DNA of 64,000 nucleotides from Alphaproteobacteria bacterium (GTDB lineage Bacteria; Pseudomonadota; Alphaproteobacteria; RF32; CAG-239): NCBI GenBank assembly GCA_045611785.1, contig JAZKXV010000012.1, positions 82,916 to 146,915 of the forward strand, read 5' to 3'. Shown piece by piece: positions 59,703 to 64,000 of this stretch (position 1 is its first letter; each line of letters starts with the position of its first letter). The notes under the pieces were generated by a model. It saw only the letters and a program-made list of their open reading frames with translations, ran no database searches and was not told where the DNA came from. The position numbers and the translations under genes were made by a program.

Positions 59703-61730
59703 ATGGATGCTCATAAAAAAACAACATCAACAGGACTTTTAGCTAGCAATTTTAATCTCAAAAAAAACTATAACATTTTTCAAAAAACAAACGAAATTCT
59801 TAACACAGAAATTCAAAATTTTGCTAAATACCAATGTTTAAACAGAAATGAATGGCCACAAATTGATAACGTTAATGCTTGGATGTTATCTGCTGAAACC
59901 GCAACTTTTATGAAATGGGGCGGTTTAGGTATGGTCGCATCAGAACTTCCTGAAAACTTTAATAAAACATACTCAGATAAAAACCATAAAATATCTATTG
60001 TAACACCTATGTATTTGGGTAACACCGGTAAAAAATCTGCCACATTTGATGGTAGAACATACAAAGGTGCTCAAAACAAAAGTGTTGAAGTTGAACATAT
60101 TGCCACTTTAGATGTTCCTTTTTTTAATACTGAAGATAACTTATCAATTAACAAAACAAACGTATACACAGCATCTTTTAATAATGTTGATTACATTTTC
60201 ATCCAAAATGATCACTTTTTTTCAATAAACCCACATGCCGAAAATCCGTCTACACAAGATGGTTGCTACGTTAGAAACGAGTTTGATGTAAACGAAGTTG
60301 AACGTTTTGCCTTTTTCTCAAAAGCTGTTTACCTGTTATTAAAAGAATGTAGTGCCGATAACATTATAAACTTAAAACTTCCCAATATATTAATTGCAAA
60401 CGACTGGCATATAGGTGCTTTAACAGGCCTTTGTAAATATTCCAGTATTGCTGAAGAATACAAACAATCAATCAGCGAAGAACAAGCAAAATCTATTCGC
60501 AATATTCCGATTATACATATTGCGCACCACTTAGGATACCAAGGTTGGGACTATCCAAACACAGCCAGAATTTTAAACTCATTATATGAATACAATACAA
60601 AACTTATTTTTAAAAATGCAAAAGCAATCAAAAACAGCAACCCAAGAACAACAAACACTCTTATTGTTTTTGACTGCTATAACCAATCTTCCGTCAGCTT
60701 TCACTTAGCTGATCGTGTTGTTACCGTTTCTAAAAACTACCGAGAAGAAGTTTCAACTGAACTTGGCCTAGGTCTTGATTTTCGTGATATTTTAAAAATC
60801 AGAAAAGACCACAGAACATTTTACGGAATTGTAAACGGATATGATAAAAGCCTTATTTCACCTAACAAGAAAAAAATTGAACACATCAATGAATATTTTG
60901 ATGGCTTTAACTTTAAGGTGTTTGATGAAAATTCTTTAGAAAACAAACTTAACAACAAAAAAGAGTGTATAAGGCTCTTATCAAAAATTGCTACAGATGC
61001 TGAATATAAACAAAAAGTTTTACCACTAACAGAGTTGCATGATTATGAAGATATATCTTCTCTTATTAAAAAAGCTGATAAAATTCCATTTATCTGCGCA
61101 ACAAGCCGTTTAGTTGAACAAAAAGGATACGACATTGCTGCAAAAGCTATTATCCAAATAATTAAAGAAAATGTTGATAAAGGTTTTGAAGCACCTATTT
61201 TTGTAATGGGTGGTGCAGGAGATTTAGATTTATATAAAAAGCTACAAGATCTCAAAGAAGAAATCAAAAAAATAGATAAAAAGGCTGCAAAACGTATCTT
61301 CGTATTTAGAGGGTATCGTGATGAATTTGCATACGCAATACAATTAGCATCTGATTTTTATTTAATGCCATCACGTTTTGAACCATGTGGATTAACTCAA
61401 ATGGAAGCTATGGCTAAAGGAGCCTTACCGATTGCCACTTCAACAGGTGGACTGGTAGATACCATCAAAGATTGTATCGATGGCTTCAGAACTGAAGTAT
61501 TTTTCACCAAAAGCATTAAAGTGTACGGTTCAAACTTAGCTGCCCAAAAACTTAAAAATAATGTAAATGCATATGCCGACACATTAAACAAGGCTTTACA
61601 TTATTACTACACATCTAGAGATGAGCTAGATATAATGACCAAAAATGCAATTAAAAAAGATTTTAGTTGGAATGTTGAAGGCGGATCGGTCTATAAATAT
61701 TACAAACTATTTACAACCGGATCATTATAA
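59703..61730 (+). CDS. GT5-family glycosyltransferase, glycogen/starch-synthase-like, with N-terminal extension and insertions (675 aa).
   Basis: K-x-GGL motif (KWGGLGMVASELP) near aa 70. C-terminal SRFEPCGLTQMEAMAKGALPIATSTGGLVDTI matches the GlgA C-terminal GT-B signature. About 200 aa longer than canonical GlgA. Confidence 0.65.
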   Translation: MDAHKKTTSTGLLASNFNLKKNYNIFQKTNEILNTEIQNFAKYQCLNRNEWPQIDNVNAWMLSAETATFMKWGGLGMVASELPENFNKTYSDKNHKISIVTPMYLGNTGKKSATFDGRTYKGAQNKSVEVEHIATLDVPFFNTEDNLSINKTNVYTASFNNVDYIFIQNDHFFSINPHAENPSTQDGCYVRNEFDVNEVERFAFFSKAVYLLLKECSADNIINLKLPNILIANDWHIGALTGLCKYSSIAEEYKQSISEEQAKSIRNIPIIHIAHHLGYQGWDYPNTARILNSLYEYNTKLIFKNAKAIKNSNPRTTNTLIVFDCYNQSSVSFHLADRVVTVSKNYREEVSTELGLGLDFRDILKIRKDHRTFYGIVNGYDKSLISPNKKKIEHINEYFDGFNFKVFDENSLENKLNNKKECIRLLSKIATDAEYKQKVLPLTELHDYEDISSLIKKADKIPFICATSRLVEQKGYDIAAKAIIQIIKENVDKGFEAPIFVMGGAGDLDLYKKLQDLKEEIKKIDKKAAKRIFVFRGYRDEFAYAIQLASDFYLMPSRFEPCGLTQMEAMAKGALPIATSTGGLVDTIKDCIDGFRTEVFFTKSIKVYGSNLAAQKLKNNVNAYADTLNKALHYYYTSRDELDIMTKNAIKKDFSWNVEGGSVYKYYKLFTTGSL

Positions 61731-61750
61731 TTAACAAAACTTACTTACAA

Positions 61751-61779
61751 AGCCATCTGTCTTTCAGATGGCTTTTTTA
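61751..61779 (+). terminator. Rho-independent terminator after the GT5 gene.
   Basis: agccatctg-tcttt-cagatggct hairpin followed by a T6 run. Confidence 0.7.
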
Positions 61780-61782
61780 TGC

Positions 61783-61812
61783 TTGACATTTAAGATAAAA
61801 ATATTTTATATA
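61783..61812 (+). promoter_or_regulatory. Candidate sigma70 promoter for adk.
   Basis: Consensus -35 TTGACA (61783-61788), 18 nt spacer, TATATA (61807-61812), about 30 nt upstream of the adk ATG at 61843. Confidence 0.45.
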
Positions 61813-61842
61813 AAAGCATCACTTTTAATAATTATCACAATT

Positions 61843-62484
61843 ATGAAACAATTATTTATCGTCTTTGGTGCTCCAGGTAGCGGCAAAGGTTATTTCGTAG
61901 GTTGTCTTAAAGATCAGTTGCACAACCTTGGTATCACAGATTATCTCTACATTTCTACCGGCGACTTGCTAAGAGAGGAAATCAAAGCGCAAACACCTCT
62001 CGGTAAAGAAATTGAGCAGATTGTCAATTCAGGCAAACTTGTGCCGGACCATATCGTATCTGAACTTGTCATGAAGGCTATCAAGCAAGACAACAAGGTT
62101 AAGATACTTGATGGTTATCCCCGCACCGTAAGTCAGCTTGCTGACATCGCTCTCGCAAAAAATCAGTATCAGCATGAGGTTATCTCTATCATGAGAGACA
62201 CTCCTGAGGAGTTGATTAAGGAGCGTATCGGTAAACGCCGTGTCTGTAGAGACTGCAAAGCAACCCACACTGTCGATGACGGCTGTTGTCCAAAATGTGG
62301 AGGTGTATCTGAAATCAGAAAAGATGATGCGGTAATCGACATCAGATTGGCCGAGTATCAGAAAAACACCCAGCATATCTGGATTGACCTTATTGGTCTT
62401 TCTAACGCCGCTCTTACCATCAACGGTTTTGATGACGCAAACGAGGTCGCAAAAGATGTAGTTAAACTTGTTATGCCGCAGTAA
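61843..62484 (+). CDS. adk: Adenylate kinase, long type with zinc-finger LID (CxxC...CxxC).
   Basis: P-loop GAPGSGKG, ISTGDLLRE NMP-binding motif, LDGYPRT, and LID Cys quartet CRDCKATHTVDDGCCPKCGG. Start chosen at MKQLFIV; the tracked ORF starts at 61768 in AT-rich leader. GC about 43-45% versus about 30% background. Confidence 0.85.
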   Translation: MKQLFIVFGAPGSGKGYFVGCLKDQLHNLGITDYLYISTGDLLREEIKAQTPLGKEIEQIVNSGKLVPDHIVSELVMKAIKQDNKVKILDGYPRTVSQLADIALAKNQYQHEVISIMRDTPEELIKERIGKRRVCRDCKATHTVDDGCCPKCGGVSEIRKDDAVIDIRLAEYQKNTQHIWIDLIGLSNAALTINGFDDANEVAKDVVKLVMPQ

Positions 62485-62507
62485 GCGGTATAATACGACC
62501 GATTTCA

Positions 62508-62537
62508 CAGCCTCCGTTTAACGGAGGCTGTTTTTTT
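62508..62537 (+). terminator. Rho-independent terminator of adk. The hairpin loop coincides with the rsmB stop codon.
   Basis: Perfect 10-bp stem cagcctccgt/acggaggctg with a 3-nt loop, followed by a T7 run. Confidence 0.65.
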
Positions 62538-63735
62538 GCATCATACAAAAGAAAAAGCCATCTGTATTTGTTGTTAACGGATTTAACTTAATGAAATTTT
62601 TTTCATTAAACGGATACTCAATATCCAGTTTATTTTCCCATAAAACTTGATGATTCACAAAACTGATGTCTGAATATTTTTGCTTAAATGCATTTACAAT
62701 ATCTTCATTTTCATCTTTCAAAACAGAGCAAGTCATATAAACAATATAACCACCCTTTCTTGTATTTTTATAAGCAATATCTAAAATTTCTGATTGAGTA
62801 GCATTTAAGCTCTCTATAGTCTTTGGGCTTAATCTGAATTTTGCATCAGGAGAACGTCTAAACGTTCCACTTCCGGAACATGGTGCATCAACAATAAATT
62901 TATCATATCCATCTGTATCTAAAGACTTAACAATTTTAATATTACGAATACCAAGCCTTAAGGCTCTGTCTTTAATTGCATCCATTCTATTAAAATTAGC
63001 ATCATGTGCAAATACTGTTCCCTCATTGCGATTTAATGCAGCAATAGCTAAACTTTTGCCTCCGGCTCCTGCACAATAATCTATAACTTTTTCATCAGGA
63101 CTAACATTGCACAACAAAGAAGCTATCTGACAAGATTCATCTTGCACATCAACCAAACCTTCTTGATATGTCATACAATTATTCAAATTAACTCTTTCTT
63201 CTGAACGTAGACCATAAGGTGAAAGTGGCGTATAAGAAAAATATAACCCTTCATTTTCAAGACGTTTTTTAGCATGATTTCTTTCAGTAAGGTTAACTCT
63301 TAAATCGGCCGGTGCCGTAGTATTAAGAGCTTGCACCAAATTAACGCTGTTAATTTTATCAAACAACCACTTTGGACATTCATTTTCAACATATTCAGGA
63401 TAAACATCATCTTTAAGTGATTTAAGCCACTGTTTTTCTTCTTTGGTTATACAAGCAAAACCATATTCTCCCCCGCTTGCAATGATATCAAAATCTTCAT
63501 TTTTCAAATAAACAAGCATAATTTTTCTGACATCTTTACTTTGCGCATCAAACTCTAAACGCATACGATGCCTAACAATATCCCAAACGGTTTCCACAAT
63601 AAAGCGCCTATCTTTTGAGCCAATATACTTACGTTTTCTGACATAGTCATTAATTATGCTGTCTGCAGTTTTCTTATCTTGAAAAATTTGATTAACCAAC
63701 TCATAAACAGCCTGATATCTTGCGCTAATTTGCAT
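62518..63735 (-). CDS. rsmB: 16S rRNA (cytosine967-C5)-methyltransferase RsmB/Sun-family.
   Basis: N-terminal NusB-like domain. SAM motif DYCAGAGGKS, catalytic DAPCSGSG and PC/TC motifs (MTCSV). 405 aa. Confidence 0.85.
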   Translation of the reverse strand: MQISARYQAVYELVNQIFQDKKTADSIINDYVRKRKYIGSKDRRFIVETVWDIVRHRMRLEFDAQSKDVRKIMLVYLKNEDFDIIASGGEYGFACITKEEKQWLKSLKDDVYPEYVENECPKWLFDKINSVNLVQALNTTAPADLRVNLTERNHAKKRLENEGLYFSYTPLSPYGLRSEERVNLNNCMTYQEGLVDVQDESCQIASLLCNVSPDEKVIDYCAGAGGKSLAIAALNRNEGTVFAHDANFNRMDAIKDRALRLGIRNIKIVKSLDTDGYDKFIVDAPCSGSGTFRRSPDAKFRLSPKTIESLNATQSEILDIAYKNTRKGGYIVYMTCSVLKDENEDIVNAFKQKYSDISFVNHQVLWENKLDIEYPFNEKNFIKLNPLTTNTDGFFFCMMQKNSLR

Positions 63736-63800
63736 ATTTTATCCTTTCAGTTAAAAAATAATATAAAACATCTTTTTAAATACGCAACACAAATTTAATT

Positions 63801-63829
63801 AAAAAAACCTTCACAAAAATTGTGAAGGT
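63801..63829 (-). terminator. Rho-independent terminator (minus strand) for the partial gene at the window end.
   Basis: accttcaca-aaaat-tgtgaaggt hairpin. The A7 run 63801-63807 on the plus strand gives a U-run on the minus strand after the hairpin. Confidence 0.55.
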
Positions 63830-63851
63830 TTGATAGAATAAAGAGAATTTG

Positions 63852-64000
63852 TTAATCTCTAGAAGACTTTACCGACGATCTGAAAAATCCGCCAATAAAA
63901 CCGAGCGTTGCACCTATTTGCCACATTTTTAAACCACCAATTCCGATAGCCGCAAAAAAGCTCAATATGGTATCACCAAAGCACCAACCGACTACCAAAC
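63852..64000 (-). CDS. Partial (5'-truncated by window edge) small membrane protein, GlsB/YeaQ/YmgE (transglycosylase-associated) family-like.
   Basis: C-terminal translation ...LVVGWCFGDTILSFFAAIGIGGLKMWQIGATLGFIGGFFRSSVKSSRD* with a GW/G-rich TM pattern typical of this family. The ORF continues beyond the window. Confidence 0.5.
   Translation of the reverse strand, partial: LVVGWCFGDTILSFFAAIGIGGLKMWQIGATLGFIGGFFRSSVKSSRD

Noticed and set aside
61768-61842. N-terminal extension of the adk ORF (MAFLCLTFKIKIFYIKASLLIIITI).
   Set aside because: The extension overlaps the consensus promoter and is AT-rich low-complexity sequence. The P-loop begins right after the internal Met, so the shorter start was used.

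Overview
This 64-kb window comes from an AT-rich (about 30% GC) diderm bacterium; an obligately intracellular alphaproteobacterium (Rickettsiales- or Holosporales-like) is my guess at low confidence, based on gene content and synteny (LolCDE, LptD-SurA-RsmA, LptF/G family permease, MreBCD-PBP2-RodA, RimP-NusA-YlxR-IF2-RbfA, fused YlxR/L7Ae). Most of the window is tightly packed housekeeping genes:
- an 11-gene co-directional array at 681-11332 on the minus strand (mltB-like, rlpA, DD-carboxypeptidase, tmk, holB, tatD, MBL hydrolase, DHH/NrnA-like, dnaJ, lolC, lolD);
- accBC, an ABC-F ATPase and the Rod-system cluster;
- rsmE, cmk, tcdA, a second tatD-like gene, elbB and an M16 peptidase;
- the rimP-nusA-infB-rbfA operon;
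- rsmA-surA-lptD plus an LptF/G-family permease, grpE, and rsmB.

The most interesting part is an accessory segment of about 13 kb (about 11.4-24.9 kb). It is bounded on the right by a minus-strand tRNA-Pro(GGG) at 24847-24923. It contains:
- a GC-shifted orphan ORF with its own promoter and terminator;
- a giant 1834-aa protein fusing an N-terminal M48-like HEXXH zinc-metalloprotease module to a C-terminal UbiB/ABC1-like atypical kinase fold;
- an adjacent APH/choline-kinase-like phosphotransferase;
- a divergently oriented CapD/PseB/CapE-family sugar dehydratase plus a 12-TM membrane protein;
- two tandem diverged paralogs (450 and 549 aa) sharing a near-identical charged 30-aa N-terminus;
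- a small orphan protein with a palindromic operator-like site.

I flag this as a candidate secreted-effector and surface-modification island.

Other accessory-type features:
- a 764-aa signal-peptide-bearing cysteine-rich repeat protein;
- an orphan type IV pilin-like gene;
- a Sel1-repeat protein translationally coupled to an MprF-flippase-like membrane protein;
- an elongated, glycogen-synthase-like GT5 glycosyltransferase (675 aa);
- a GC-rich (about 43-45%) zinc-finger-LID adenylate kinase that looks horizontally acquired;
- a GC-shifted orphan ORF sitting where truB would be expected after rbfA.

No rRNA, CRISPR, transposase or integrase was seen. All calls are from reading the sequence and ORF translations by eye. 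No database searches were run.
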